64,000 nt of DNA from an uncultured delta proteobacterium. GTDB taxonomy: Bacteria; Desulfobacterota; Desulfuromonadia; Geobacterales; DSM-12255. The first letter of the stretch is position 1; every line of letters begins with the position of its first letter. Where the stretch lies: positions 288,001-352,000 of the forward strand of contig CAWBBV010000001.1 of NCBI GenBank assembly GCA_963787125.1, read 5' to 3'. This document shows positions 1 through 10,414 of the stretch, piece after piece. The notes beneath the pieces were generated by a model, which had not been told where the DNA came from, did no database searches, and saw only the letters and a list, made by a program, of their open reading frames with translations. A program made the position numbers and the translations under genes.

Positions 1-473
1 CGGTTCTGGAGTGGTTGCCGCTCAAGGACACAGGCAGGACACCGGAACACTTGCGACCGCTCCGATATGTAGCGCTTTTTTTATCAGTCATGGTGCCGCT
101 GGCACTGATATTCAGTTTTGGTTTTGATGTCCGTCAGCAGTATCTCCGCAAACAGGAAATGATCTGGATGTTCGCAGGCAACGGCATCTATTACCTGTTG
201 GCAATTCCGGTGGCGTTCTGGTTTCAGGATCGCCGCGCCTTCTGCAAGATCCTCTGCCCTGTGGCACTGGTCATGAAAATCCCGGCCGCCTTTAGCCGGT
301 TGCGCATACGCCCTACCGGCTCCGCATGTACACAGTGCGCTGTCTGTGACAGAGTGTGTCCAATGGAGGTGCCGGTGATGGCCGCAATTGCAGCCGGCGA
401 CTCGGTACGGGATACGGAATGCATCTACTGCGGAACTTGCCGCGACCACTGCCCGAACGAGGCGATCGGATAA
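1..473 (+). CDS. 4Fe-4S binding membrane protein (NapH/MauN-like C-terminus), 5'-truncated by window
   Basis: TM segments, FCKILCP motif, two CxxCxxCxxxCP ferredoxin motifs. Confidence 0.8.
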   Translation, partial: VLEWLPLKDTGRTPEHLRPLRYVALFLSVMVPLALIFSFGFDVRQQYLRKQEMIWMFAGNGIYYLLAIPVAFWFQDRRAFCKILCPVALVMKIPAAFSRLRIRPTGSACTQCAVCDRVCPMEVPVMAAIAAGDSVRDTECIYCGTCRDHCPNEAIG

Positions 474-495
474 GACTTGCGGTTGGGATAAAGAA

Positions 496-1113
496 ATGAG
501 TTATGGGGGGACCGTGAACCTTGAATCTGAAAACCTGGATGATTATCTGGCTTGTGATCAAATAGTAGACTGGCAGTCGCCGAATGTCTTGCAGACAGCT
601 CGCGACCTTACCCGCTTGATACCGGACAACATTGACAAAGCCCGCTGTTTGTACGAATGGGTCAGAGATATAATCCTGCACAGCAATGATGCTGTTCTGG
701 ACATAGTAACCTGCTCGGCGAGTGACGTATTGAGCCATGGTACGGGAATCTGTTTTGCCAAAAGCCACCTGCTGGCCGCCTTGCTGAGGGGAGTCGGCAT
801 TCCGGCCGGGTTCTGTTATCAGGTGCTGCGGCTGGATCCTCCGGTTGACAACACCCTTATTCTCCATGGCTTTAACGCAGTTTACCTTGCTTCAATCGGC
901 AAATGGATTCGCCTCGATGCTCGCGGCAACAGCGAGGAAATCGATGCCCGCTTCAGCATCGAGCAGGAGCAGCTTGCCTTTGCCATGGACGCAACGGCTG
1001 GTGAATTTATCTATGAGACGATCTTTGCTGCACCGGTAAGTATTGTTGTTGAGAAACTGAGAAAGCATAGCAGCAGAAAAGAGCTGTGGCAGGATCTGCC
1101 GAAACCGTTTTAA
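496..1113 (+). CDS. Transglutaminase-like (Cys-His-Asp) protein
   Basis: GICFAKSHLLAALLR (Cys), LHGFNAVY (His), RLDARG (Asp); start at ATG 496 or GTG 514. Confidence 0.85.
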   Translation: MSYGGTVNLESENLDDYLACDQIVDWQSPNVLQTARDLTRLIPDNIDKARCLYEWVRDIILHSNDAVLDIVTCSASDVLSHGTGICFAKSHLLAALLRGVGIPAGFCYQVLRLDPPVDNTLILHGFNAVYLASIGKWIRLDARGNSEEIDARFSIEQEQLAFAMDATAGEFIYETIFAAPVSIVVEKLRKHSSRKELWQDLPKPF

Positions 1114-1198
1114 ATCTGGAGTTATAACTTGTCCGTTGAGAAAATCGGCCGGTCTGAAGGATTATATACGCACCACCACATTCCCGGAGGGTAACAAG

Positions 1199-2098
1199 AT
1201 GAAAAGATCATTTCTGCTGTCGTTTGCCGTTGTCACACTGCTGTTCACCCGGAGCGCCTTTGCTGAATTGACGAAGATTGCGGACAATGTCTACTCCTAT
1301 GTCGGCGAAAAAGACGCTTCCCCTGCCCACAGTTTTGCTGCCAATGCCGGGATTATCATCGGCACGGACGCCGTGCTGGTGGTGGATACCCTCATTTCTG
1401 CCAAAGAGGGGGAACGCTTCCTGGCCGATATTCGTAAGGTGACCAGTAAACCGATAAAGTACGTGGTCAACACCCATACCCACCTTGACCACGCTTTCGG
1501 TAACTGTGTCTTTGCCAAGATCGGCGCTACCGTCATTTCCCATACTGCTGACCGGGCGATGCTGGAGCGGATCGGTACGGCCACCCTGCAGAACAGTGGC
1601 AATTACGGCCTTAAAGCCGAGGATGTGATCGGCACCACGATTGTACTGCCGCAACTTGCCTTCAGCGAGCGGCTGCAGATCGATCTTGGCGGCGAGAGCG
1701 TAGAGCTGATCCGCGTCGCCCCCTCCCACACCGAGGGGAGCGTGATCGTTTCCGTACCGGCCAGAAAACTGCTCTTTGCCGGTGACATCCTCTTCACCGA
1801 CTTTCACCCCTACATGGTGGACGGCGACATTGTCGGCTGGGCCAAATCGCTGGATGCGCTCCTGGCCATGGATCTGGAGCAGATCATTCCAGGCCACGGC
1901 CCGCTTTCAACGAAAAAGGACCTAAAGGAGATGAAGGAATATCTGCTCATTTTCGACAGTAAGGCGCGGGAACTGGCTGCCGGGTCGCAGGACGCCGATG
2001 CAATCACCGCTGCGATGATAAAAGTCCTGCCGAAACGGTCGCTGGCCGAGTGGATGATTGCTTTCAATCTGAAGAGTCGCTATCTGAACAAGCAATGA
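1199..2098 (+). CDS. Exported MBL-fold metallo-hydrolase
   Basis: GGAGG RBS before ATG 1199, signal peptide, THTHLDH, SHTEG, AGDILF and IPGHG motifs. Confidence 0.85.
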   Translation: MKRSFLLSFAVVTLLFTRSAFAELTKIADNVYSYVGEKDASPAHSFAANAGIIIGTDAVLVVDTLISAKEGERFLADIRKVTSKPIKYVVNTHTHLDHAFGNCVFAKIGATVISHTADRAMLERIGTATLQNSGNYGLKAEDVIGTTIVLPQLAFSERLQIDLGGESVELIRVAPSHTEGSVIVSVPARKLLFAGDILFTDFHPYMVDGDIVGWAKSLDALLAMDLEQIIPGHGPLSTKKDLKEMKEYLLIFDSKARELAAGSQDADAITAAMIKVLPKRSLAEWMIAFNLKSRYLNKQ

Positions 2099-2271
2099 GG
2101 CCAGTTTCTACCTTTGACTACTTGCGGGAGGCTGTCGAACAAAGCGGCGCACCGTCAGGGGTACATGGTGAGAAGCACGTTATGCGGAAAAAGTTCCGGC
2201 TATTTTTGACCGCTTATCCCGCAGAATCACTCCTTGTCAAAACGGCACCATAAACAAAAAGGTTATTGTTC

Positions 2272-3747
2272 ATGAAAATTGTCATTGCTCCCGACTCTTA
2301 TAAAGAAAGCCTGTCGGCGCTTGAAGTAGCAACCGCGATTGAAGCCGGTTTTCGGGAGATTTTTCCCGATGCCGATTACCACAAACTGCCGCTGGCCGAT
2401 GGCGGTGAAGGGACCGTTGCCGCAATGATCGCCGCCACCGGCGGTTCATTCGTCAAGGTGGCGGTAACCGGGCCGTTAGGTGAAACGGTAACCGCTGCTT
2501 ATGGCCTGACCGGGGATGGGAAAACCGCTGTCGTTGAAATGGCGGCAGCCAGCGGTCTGGCACTGGTTGACCCCCAGCAGCGCAATCCTTTGCTGACGAC
2601 GACCTTCGGCACGGGAGAAGTGATCAAGGCCGCTCTGGATGCGGGTGCCTGCCACCTGATCATCGCCATCGGCGGCAGCGCGACCAACGATGGCGGCGCC
2701 GGTATGCTGCAAGCTCTGGGGGTAAAACTGCTGGATCAAAAAGGGCGGGAAATCGGATTTGGCGGCGGTGAACTGAGGCGGCTGGAGCGGATCGACATAA
2801 GCGGCATGGACCCGCGCCTGCAAGCATGCCGGATCGAGGCAGCCTGCGATGTGAACAATCCGCTGACCGGTCCACAAGGGGCCAGTTCCGTTTTCGGCCC
2901 GCAAAAAGGGGCCACGCCGGAGATGGTAGCGCAGCTGGATGCCAATCTTGTCCGCTATGCCGCTCTGCTCAGGCGGGATCTGGGTGCAGAGGTGGAATTT
3001 GTTCCGGGTGCAGGCGCTGCCGGGGGGATGGGAGCGGCGCTGCTGGCTTTCTTTGGGGCAGAGCTCAGGCCGGGTATCGACATCGTTATGGAGGCGGTCG
3101 GGCTGGAAGCTGCCATCAGGGCTGCTGATCTGGTAATTACCGGCGAAGGTCGCATCGACATCCAGACCATCCATGGCAAAGCACCGCTCGGTGTGGCACA
3201 GCTGGCTAAACGCTATAACAAGCCGGTTATCGGCATTGCCGGCTGCCTTGCTCCCGATGCCGGCATAGTTCATGATTATGGCATTGATGCTGTCTTCAGT
3301 GTCCTCAGTCAAACCTGCACGGTTGAGGAAGCCTTGACCAATGCCGCAGTCAATGTCCGCACCGCTTCACGCAATATTGCCGCCACACTGAAGCTGTCGT
3401 TTGCGATTCAGGGGAGGGAACCCATGTTTACAAAACTGAGCGATAACGACTTCAAGCCGGTATTAACGGGGATTGAACAGAAAACTCTGGTACATGGCGA
3501 CAAGACGCTTATGGTGGAATTCCGCCTGCGACAAGGAGCGCTTCTGCCGCGGCACTCCCATCCCCACGAACAGACCGGCTATCTGGTGAGCGGCCGGATC
3601 CGGCTGACAATTGGCACTGCGGTTCATGAAGTTTCGCCGGGTGACAGCTGGTGCATTCCTGGAGACGTGCTTCATTGTGCCGAGGTCGTCGAGGACTCGG
3701 TAGCCATCGAAGTCTTCTCGCCAGTCCGCCAGGATTACCTGCCATGA
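2272..3747 (+). CDS. garK: Glycerate kinase (GarK/GlxK class) fused in frame to a C-terminal cupin domain (cupin from ATG 3424)
   Basis: MKIVIAPDSYKESL, ADGGEGT, GGSATNDGG, ITGEGRID; then HSHPHEQ cupin motif with no intervening stop. Confidence 0.85.
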   Translation: MKIVIAPDSYKESLSALEVATAIEAGFREIFPDADYHKLPLADGGEGTVAAMIAATGGSFVKVAVTGPLGETVTAAYGLTGDGKTAVVEMAAASGLALVDPQQRNPLLTTTFGTGEVIKAALDAGACHLIIAIGGSATNDGGAGMLQALGVKLLDQKGREIGFGGGELRRLERIDISGMDPRLQACRIEAACDVNNPLTGPQGASSVFGPQKGATPEMVAQLDANLVRYAALLRRDLGAEVEFVPGAGAAGGMGAALLAFFGAELRPGIDIVMEAVGLEAAIRAADLVITGEGRIDIQTIHGKAPLGVAQLAKRYNKPVIGIAGCLAPDAGIVHDYGIDAVFSVLSQTCTVEEALTNAAVNVRTASRNIAATLKLSFAIQGREPMFTKLSDNDFKPVLTGIEQKTLVHGDKTLMVEFRLRQGALLPRHSHPHEQTGYLVSGRIRLTIGTAVHEVSPGDSWCIPGDVLHCAEVVEDSVAIEVFSPVRQDYLP

Positions 3748-3826
3748 TCACCGAGTACAGTGATGCCACTGGCAAGCGCTATTTAATTGACTATCATGGC
3801 AAAAAACAGTAATTTCACAGGGATTA

Positions 3827-4549
3827 TTGGACGGGATACTTTACATGTTGCGAGCCTGCCTCTATCTTCTGTTTTTGATTCCATGGACGCTGTTCTGCAC
3901 TTTTACCGCGATGCTCTCCACTTTCACTGATCGAAGCGGTCGCAGCTATCACCGGATTGCAATTCTCTGGAGCAGATGGACACTTCTGGGAGCCGGCGTC
4001 AAGGTAGTTACCGAAGGGACAGAATTTATCCCGCGCAACAGACCGATAATTTTCATGGGGAACCACCAGAGCTACTTTGACGTTCCGTTGCTGTTCAGCG
4101 CTTCACCGGTTACGTTTAACTGGCTGGCAAAGGAAGAGCTCTTCCGGATTCCGCTTATTGGTCATTCGATGCGAGCCGCGGGCCACATCCCGATAAACAG
4201 GGGCAATGGCCGTGATGCCATAAGAAGCCTGAACAGGGCCGCCAAGCTGGTTCAAAACGGTACCAGCATAGCTATTTTCCCTGAAGGTACTTTTTCCGAG
4301 GATGGCGGGCTGCTCCCTTTCAAGCGGGGCGGCTTCATTCTGGCAGCACACGCAGGCGTGCCGATAGTCCCTTTCACCATTTCCGGTGCACTCGCAATCA
4401 ATCCACCCGGCAAGCTGCTGAGCATTATGCCCGGGGTTATTAAAATAAAGTTCAGCCCGGCCATAGAAGTTGACACCAATCAGGCCGGACATCCGACACT
4501 ACTGCTGGAAAAGGTTCGCACGGCAATTGCCGCCGGACTGGAGAGGTAA
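3827..4549 (+). CDS. plsC: 1-acyl-sn-glycerol-3-phosphate acyltransferase
   Basis: NHQSYFD and FPEGT motifs. Confidence 0.9.
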   Translation: MDGILYMLRACLYLLFLIPWTLFCTFTAMLSTFTDRSGRSYHRIAILWSRWTLLGAGVKVVTEGTEFIPRNRPIIFMGNHQSYFDVPLLFSASPVTFNWLAKEELFRIPLIGHSMRAAGHIPINRGNGRDAIRSLNRAAKLVQNGTSIAIFPEGTFSEDGGLLPFKRGGFILAAHAGVPIVPFTISGALAINPPGKLLSIMPGVIKIKFSPAIEVDTNQAGHPTLLLEKVRTAIAAGLER

Positions 4550-4550
4550 C

Positions 4551-4733
4551 ATGGGTTTCAAGTTCATCCCTTTAATTGTAATAGGAATCGGTATGACAGC
4601 GTGGGGCCTCCCTGCTGCATACCGGCTACGTTCCCCCTGGCGGATTATTGCCGCCCTGGCAGCGCTTGCCGGAGTGATTGCCTCTCTGGCCGGAGTCCTT
4701 TTGTTTGCAGTACCGAACTTTTTATCAAGGTGA
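4551..4733 (+). CDS. Small two-TM membrane protein (60 aa)
   Basis: GGAGAGG RBS, ATG 1 nt after plsC stop, two hydrophobic segments. Confidence 0.65.
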   Translation: MGFKFIPLIVIGIGMTAWGLPAAYRLRSPWRIIAALAALAGVIASLAGVLLFAVPNFLSR

Positions 4734-4737
4734 CCTG

Positions 4738-5142
4738 ATGCTGGAGCGGACAAAAAATATAGTCGCTAATGCTGTCTTTATTGCTGTCGTAGCAATTTTT
4801 CTCTTTGCTGCAGCCACTCAGTTCCGCCAGTGGTCACAGTTCAATCGCGGCGAAAAGGCGCTTGTTGCCCGTGACCAGATCAATGCGATTGCCGGTTTTG
4901 AGTCTGCAATCCATATGTATACCCCTTTCAGCCCGCTTGTGGAGCGGAGCGCGGCCAGACTCTGGATAATCGGCAGAGACCTGGAAACCAGAGGCGAAAC
5001 TGAAAAAGCTCTCATTGCCTACAGGGCTCTGCGCAGCGCCTTTTACTCGACCCATGGACTGACCAAACCGGGAATGAACTGGATCACCATCTGCGATGAA
5101 AAGATCCGGCTCCTTGCCAAACCTGTAGAGCCGGCACGCTAG
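4738..5142 (+). CDS. Hypothetical membrane-anchored helical protein
   Basis: Tight operon spacing, N-terminal TM helix, TPR-like helices. Confidence 0.65.
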   Translation: MLERTKNIVANAVFIAVVAIFLFAAATQFRQWSQFNRGEKALVARDQINAIAGFESAIHMYTPFSPLVERSAARLWIIGRDLETRGETEKALIAYRALRSAFYSTHGLTKPGMNWITICDEKIRLLAKPVEPAR

Positions 5143-5147
5143 ACTCC

Positions 5148-6824
5148 ATGACAACCCCTGCTACTGACAACACCGGCCTCAAAATCATCCCTCTCGGCGG
5201 ACTGGGAGAGATTGGCCTGAATATGATGCTCTTCGAGTACGGCAACGATATCATCATTGTCGACTGTGGACTCATGTTCCCTGAACCGTATATGCTCGGC
5301 ATAGATATCGTTATTCCCGATATCACCTACCTTTTGGAGCGCAAAGAGTCGATCCGCGGCATTTTCCTGACCCATGGCCATGAAGATCATATCGGCGCCC
5401 TCCCCTACATCCTGCGTGACATCAAGCCCCCTCTTTACGGAACGGCACTGACCCTCGGCTTTGTCAGTGAGAAACTCAAGGAGTTCGAGCTTGATCACAG
5501 TGTCGAAATGATCCGGGTCAAGCCGAGAGAAAGCGTTGTGGCAGGTTGCTTTTCGGTTGAGTTCATCCGGGTCGCCCATTCGATCGTCGACGGCTGCGCT
5601 TTTGCCATCACCACACCCGAAGGGGTGGTCATTCATACCGGCGACTTCAAGATTGATCAGACGCCGGTCGATGGCGAGCTGACCGATCTGGCAACCTTCT
5701 CCAGATACGGTGAAGAGGGGGTACTGGCCCTTCTTGCCGACTCGACCAATGTGGAACGAGAAGGATACACTCTCTCTGAACGCCTGGTCGGCGAAGCGTT
5801 TGACGACATTTTCCCTAAATGCAGCGGCAGAATCATCGTTGCCGCCTTTTCCAGCAACATCCACAGAGTCCAGCAGGTCATGGTCTCGGCAGCCAAATGC
5901 GGACGTAAAGTGTTGTTAAACGGTCGCTCAATGATTGCCAACGTGCAGATTGCCCGTGACCTTGGCTATCTGAGCGTCCCCGACGGACTCCTGATCGATC
6001 TGAAAGAGTTGCCGCGCACCCCTAAAGAGCAGATCTGCATGATAACCACCGGCTCTCAAGGCGAGCCGATGAGCGCCCTCACCCGCATTGCCATGGATGA
6101 CCACAAGCAGATCAAGCTGGAAGTTGGCGACACGGTTATCCTCTCCTCCAGGTTTATTCCGGGTAACGAAAAGACCATATCAGACCTGATAAACCACCTG
6201 TACCGCCGCGGCGCAGAGGTGTTTCACGAAAATGTCTCCGAGGTTCATGTTTCCGGTCACGCCAGCCAGGAAGAGCTGAAACTTATTATGAATCTGGTTA
6301 AACCAAAATGGTTTCTCCCGGTTCATGGCGAATACCGCCATCTTGTCAAACACGCCAAACTTGCCCAGCGCGTCGGTATCCCGAAAGAGCGCTGTATCAT
6401 CATGACCAACGGCGACGTGACAGCCTTTTCCGACGGCGAAGCCTGCATTATCGACAAGGTCGAACATGGCCGGGTCTTTGTCGACGGCAAAGGGGTGGGC
6501 GATGTGGGCGCAATTGTCCTCAAGGACCGTAAGCATCTTTCTGAGGACGGTATGGTGGTGGTAATTATCGGCATCGACCAGTCATCCGGACGGATAATCT
6601 ACGGCCCTGACATTGTTTCCCGCGGTTTTGTCTTTGAAGACGAAAGCCGCGAGTATCTGGAGCAGGCCAAAGCTCTTGTCCTTGACTGCCTTGCCGTGCT
6701 GAACATTGAAGTGCTCGGCGACTGGGCCGAGGTAAAGCAGGAAGTCAGAGCGGTCATGAAACGCTTTTTCAAGAAGAGTATCGCCAGAAGGCCGGTAATC
6801 CTCCCTGTAATCCTGGAAATGTAG
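5148..6824 (+). CDS. rnj: Ribonuclease J
   Basis: LGGLGEIGLN, THGHEDHIG, HVSGHAS and PVHGE motifs. Confidence 0.95.
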   Translation: MTTPATDNTGLKIIPLGGLGEIGLNMMLFEYGNDIIIVDCGLMFPEPYMLGIDIVIPDITYLLERKESIRGIFLTHGHEDHIGALPYILRDIKPPLYGTALTLGFVSEKLKEFELDHSVEMIRVKPRESVVAGCFSVEFIRVAHSIVDGCAFAITTPEGVVIHTGDFKIDQTPVDGELTDLATFSRYGEEGVLALLADSTNVEREGYTLSERLVGEAFDDIFPKCSGRIIVAAFSSNIHRVQQVMVSAAKCGRKVLLNGRSMIANVQIARDLGYLSVPDGLLIDLKELPRTPKEQICMITTGSQGEPMSALTRIAMDDHKQIKLEVGDTVILSSRFIPGNEKTISDLINHLYRRGAEVFHENVSEVHVSGHASQEELKLIMNLVKPKWFLPVHGEYRHLVKHAKLAQRVGIPKERCIIMTNGDVTAFSDGEACIIDKVEHGRVFVDGKGVGDVGAIVLKDRKHLSEDGMVVVIIGIDQSSGRIIYGPDIVSRGFVFEDESREYLEQAKALVLDCLAVLNIEVLGDWAEVKQEVRAVMKRFFKKSIARRPVILPVILEM

Positions 6825-6851
6825 CCTTCTTTAATTTCCAATCAACAAAAA

Positions 6852-9155
6852 ATGATGCTATTCTTACTGCCTATGGACGATCAAACAGTTAAAAAAGAAA
6901 AGCTGACAGTCGAGATAAAGGGGATGCTCCTGGCAGCAGCCGGGCTTTTCCTCCTGATTTCCATTTTATCATTCAAAACTGATGACTTTTCCTTCAACAC
7001 TTTCTCTTCCGATCACCTGGTCAGGAACTTTGGCGGCAGGTTCGGCGCCCAAATCTCCGACCTTCTTTTGCAGCTCTTTGGTATGGCCGCTTACAGCATC
7101 CCGATTTTTCTCCTCTATCTCTCCTACCGCTCACTCCGCTTTAAGGAGTTTCGCTGGCGCGCTTACAAGATAGCCGCCTTTACCGGGTTTCTGGTAACCC
7201 TCTCTGCAATTTTTGCTTTTAATCTGGAGTTCACCCAGATATTCGGCCAGCGCGTTCCCACTGGTGGCGGCATCGGCTTCAAAACCGCCGAAATTCTGAA
7301 GCGCTATCTCGGCGTACCCGGAGCACTGCTGCTGCTCCTGCCGATGCTGGCGACTTCAGTCATGGTGCTCTCCAGATTCTCATTCATCCTTTATGCCGAT
7401 TGGTGGATCAATGCCCTGGGTGACCGTTGGAACAGACGCCAGGAGAAGAAAACCTTCAACAGAGCCCTGGAGGGTAAGAGCAGCAAGAACAGCGAGCCAG
7501 GAACTCCAGTTATCAAGCCCCTGCAGGTGAGTTTACCGACTTTGCCCCCCCTGCCGACGAAAAAGGAAAAAAAGAAGGACGGCGATAAGCTTAAACCGGT
7601 GCAAGAAACGTTTGATTTCATCAGGAGCGATGGGGGATTTATGACCCCGCCCCAGTCATTGCTGGAAAATCCTCCAACCACTGAACGCCGCATCGACAAG
7701 GAAGCTCTCGCCATGAACGCCAAACTCCTTGAGAAGAAACTCAAGGACTTCGGTATCGACGGCGAAGTTAGCGAAATCTGTCCTGGTCCTGTTGTTACCA
7801 TGTACGAGTTCTCTCCCGGTCCAGGAATCAAGGTGAGCCGGATCGCCGGGCTGTCAGATGATCTTTCCATGGCTCTCCAGGCGCTGGCAATCAGGATTGT
7901 TGCGCCGATCCCCGGTAAAGGGGTAGTGGGGATAGAACTGCCGAACCGTGATCGGGAAATGGTTTTTTTGAAAGAGATCTTCGCCAGCGACTCTTTCCAC
8001 AAAGGAAAGATGAAGCTGCCGCTGGCGCTCGGCAAAGATGTCAGCGGTCAACCGCTGGTAACTGATCTGGCACGGGCTCCCCATCTTCTGGTCGCCGGCG
8101 CTACCGGCTCAGGTAAATCCGTGGCGATCAACACCATGATCCTCTCCCTCCTGTATACATCCACACCCAAGGATGTCCGCCTCATCATGGTAGATCCAAA
8201 AATGTTGGAACTCTCAATTTATGAAGGGATTCCTCATCTCCTTCTCCCGGTTGTTACAAATCCCAAAAAGGCGTCGTTGGCGCTCAAGTGGGCGGTCGAG
8301 GAGATGGTGCGGCGCTACAAGCTGATGGCAGATAAAGGCGTGCGTAATATAGACTCTTACAATCGGGAACTGCTCCGCGAAGAAAAAGAGGTTGCAGATC
8401 TGCAGGCACACGCGACTGTCACTGTCGAAGAGGTCGAAGATCTTATCGATTCTGAAGATGCGGCGATTCAGGAGTATCTTGCCAAAGATGAGCAACTCGA
8501 ACATGGCCACCTCCCCTACATCGTCGTTATCGTCGATGAGCTTGCCGACCTGATGATGGTGGCCGGCAAGGAGATCGAGGAGTCCATCGCCAGACTCGCC
8601 CAGATGGCGCGGGCATCGGGAATTCACCTGATTCTGGCGACCCAGCGGCCTTCGGTCGACGTCATCACCGGCCTCATTAAAGCCAACTTCCCGGCGCGCA
8701 TCTCCTTTCAGGTATCTTCCAAGATCGATTCAAGGACGATCCTCGACTGTAATGGGGCAGAGTCGCTGCTGGGAATGGGAGATATGCTCTTTCTCCCCCC
8801 GGGAACAGCCAAAATGATTCGCTCCCACGGTGCTTTTGTCTCGGACGGCGAGGTGCTGCGTGTGGTTGAATTCCTCAAAAAGCAGGGGAAACCGGTTTAC
8901 GAAAAATCGATCCTTGAAATGAAGGAGTCGGATAGTAAGAGCGGCCAGGTCGACGAGGACGATGACCCCCAGTACGATGCAGCTCTGGCTCTGGTGGCAG
9001 AAGCAAAGCAGGCATCGATCTCGATGATTCAGAGACGCCTGAGAATCGGTTACAACCGGGCTGCCCGGATAGTTGAGAGAATGGAAAGGGAAGGGGTAGT
9101 CGGCCCTTCAGACGGCACCAGTAAGCCACGGGAAGTATTCATCAACCGGCTGTAA
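6852..9155 (+). CDS. ftsK: DNA translocase FtsK
   Basis: N-terminal 4TM region, GATGSGKS Walker A, VDELADLMM, C-terminal gamma domain (QRRLRIGYNRAAR); start may be 6873. Confidence 0.95.
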   Translation: MMLFLLPMDDQTVKKEKLTVEIKGMLLAAAGLFLLISILSFKTDDFSFNTFSSDHLVRNFGGRFGAQISDLLLQLFGMAAYSIPIFLLYLSYRSLRFKEFRWRAYKIAAFTGFLVTLSAIFAFNLEFTQIFGQRVPTGGGIGFKTAEILKRYLGVPGALLLLLPMLATSVMVLSRFSFILYADWWINALGDRWNRRQEKKTFNRALEGKSSKNSEPGTPVIKPLQVSLPTLPPLPTKKEKKKDGDKLKPVQETFDFIRSDGGFMTPPQSLLENPPTTERRIDKEALAMNAKLLEKKLKDFGIDGEVSEICPGPVVTMYEFSPGPGIKVSRIAGLSDDLSMALQALAIRIVAPIPGKGVVGIELPNRDREMVFLKEIFASDSFHKGKMKLPLALGKDVSGQPLVTDLARAPHLLVAGATGSGKSVAINTMILSLLYTSTPKDVRLIMVDPKMLELSIYEGIPHLLLPVVTNPKKASLALKWAVEEMVRRYKLMADKGVRNIDSYNRELLREEKEVADLQAHATVTVEEVEDLIDSEDAAIQEYLAKDEQLEHGHLPYIVVIVDELADLMMVAGKEIEESIARLAQMARASGIHLILATQRPSVDVITGLIKANFPARISFQVSSKIDSRTILDCNGAESLLGMGDMLFLPPGTAKMIRSHGAFVSDGEVLRVVEFLKKQGKPVYEKSILEMKESDSKSGQVDEDDDPQYDAALALVAEAKQASISMIQRRLRIGYNRAARIVERMEREGVVGPSDGTSKPREVFINRL

Positions 9156-9184
9156 GCGATATAGATCCTGCTTAGGGAGAAACA

Positions 9185-9751
9185 ATGACCTACGAAAGAA
9201 CGAAGCATCTTGCTCACTTTGCTCTGACGATAATCAGCAAAGATCGACCGGGAATTGTTGCGGATACCACTGAAGTTCTTTTCCGGCTCGGCTGCAATAT
9301 CGAAGACTCAAGCTGCACCATGCTTGGTGGCGATTTCGCCATGATCCTGATCGTCACCCACGAAAAGCCTTTCTCTAAGTCCAGGCTTAGCGACGAATTC
9401 AGAATTCTGCATGAACGCACCGGTCTTGTCGTCCACCTGCGAACACTCCATGAAGATGAAATCGCTCCTGTCCCGGACGCAGGGGAGCTCTGCCTTATCT
9501 CCGTCTACGGCTCGGACCAGCCCGGCATTGTTTACAGAGTAACCAGAACTCTGGCAGAGCACAAAATCAACATCACCGACTTGAACACCCGCTTGATCGG
9601 TACCAAGGAAGAGCCGGTCTACGTACTGATGCTGGAGGCAATCCTGCCGGTCGCGCTGACTGTCGATTCTACCTCGCAGCTACTGGAATCACTCCGCAAA
9701 GAGCTGAACGTCGAAATCGGTGTGCGCGCCATCACAGCTGTATCGCTGTAA
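9185..9751 (+). CDS. Tandem ACT-domain protein (GcvR-like)
   Basis: Two ACT repeats (DRPGIV, DQPGIV). Confidence 0.85.
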   Translation: MTYERTKHLAHFALTIISKDRPGIVADTTEVLFRLGCNIEDSSCTMLGGDFAMILIVTHEKPFSKSRLSDEFRILHERTGLVVHLRTLHEDEIAPVPDAGELCLISVYGSDQPGIVYRVTRTLAEHKINITDLNTRLIGTKEEPVYVLMLEAILPVALTVDSTSQLLESLRKELNVEIGVRAITAVSL

Positions 9752-9775
9752 TCAAATTAATCCCCGGAAAACTCG

Positions 9776-10282
9776 ATGCCTGCGCAGAAAATACTTACAT
9801 TCCCGCACCCTCTCCTGAAAAAACGTGCTAACAGGATAGCGAGAGTCGATGTAGCAATCAATGGACTCATTGAAGATCTTATCGACACCATGAACGCCGG
9901 GCCCGGCTCCGTCGGCGTTGCAGCGCCGCAGATTGGTGTCTCGCTGTCGGCCTGTGTTATTGATGTTTCAAGCAACCGCAATGGCAAGGATAACAACCAT
10001 GGCCTCCTTATCATGCTCAATCCCGAGATAATCGCTGCCAGTGGCAGTTCAGTCATGCGGGAAGGGTGCATGAGTGTCCCTGATTACACCGGCGACGTGG
10101 AGAGAGCCACGGCTGTCACGGTGAACTACATGAACCTTGAAGGGGAAAGTCGGACTGTTGACGCAAGCGGGTTTGAAGCTGTCGCCATCCAGCACGAAAT
10201 GGACCATCTTGACGGCATTCTTTTTCTTGACCGGATCGTCTCCCTCAAAACCGGACTGTTCCGGCGAAAAAGTTTCAAGTAA
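9776..10282 (+). CDS. def: Peptide deformylase
   Basis: GVAAPQIG, EGCMS and QHEMDHLDG motifs. Confidence 0.95.
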   Translation: MPAQKILTFPHPLLKKRANRIARVDVAINGLIEDLIDTMNAGPGSVGVAAPQIGVSLSACVIDVSSNRNGKDNNHGLLIMLNPEIIAASGSSVMREGCMSVPDYTGDVERATAVTVNYMNLEGESRTVDASGFEAVAIQHEMDHLDGILFLDRIVSLKTGLFRRKSFK

Positions 10283-10360
10283 TTCGGGGGCATCAGCAGT
10301 ATCCGGAAAATCGGAGCGGGGAAGGGTGCCGCCTTTAGCAGCGTTTTGCAGTGGAATCGA

Positions 10361-10407
10361 TAAAATAAAAAGACCCGCCGATACAACCGGCGGGTCTTTT
10401 TATTTTA
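10361..10407. terminator. Bidirectional intrinsic terminator between convergent def and slyX
   Basis: Perfect IR taaaataaaaagacccgccg-N7-cggcgggtctttttatttta with A/T tails on both sides. Confidence 0.9.
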
Positions 10408-10414
10408 TGACTGG

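Noticed and set aside
2095..2253. 52-codon ORF with ATGA overlap on the MBL gene stop
   Set aside because: No recognisable motif or RBS; may be chance or a remnant.
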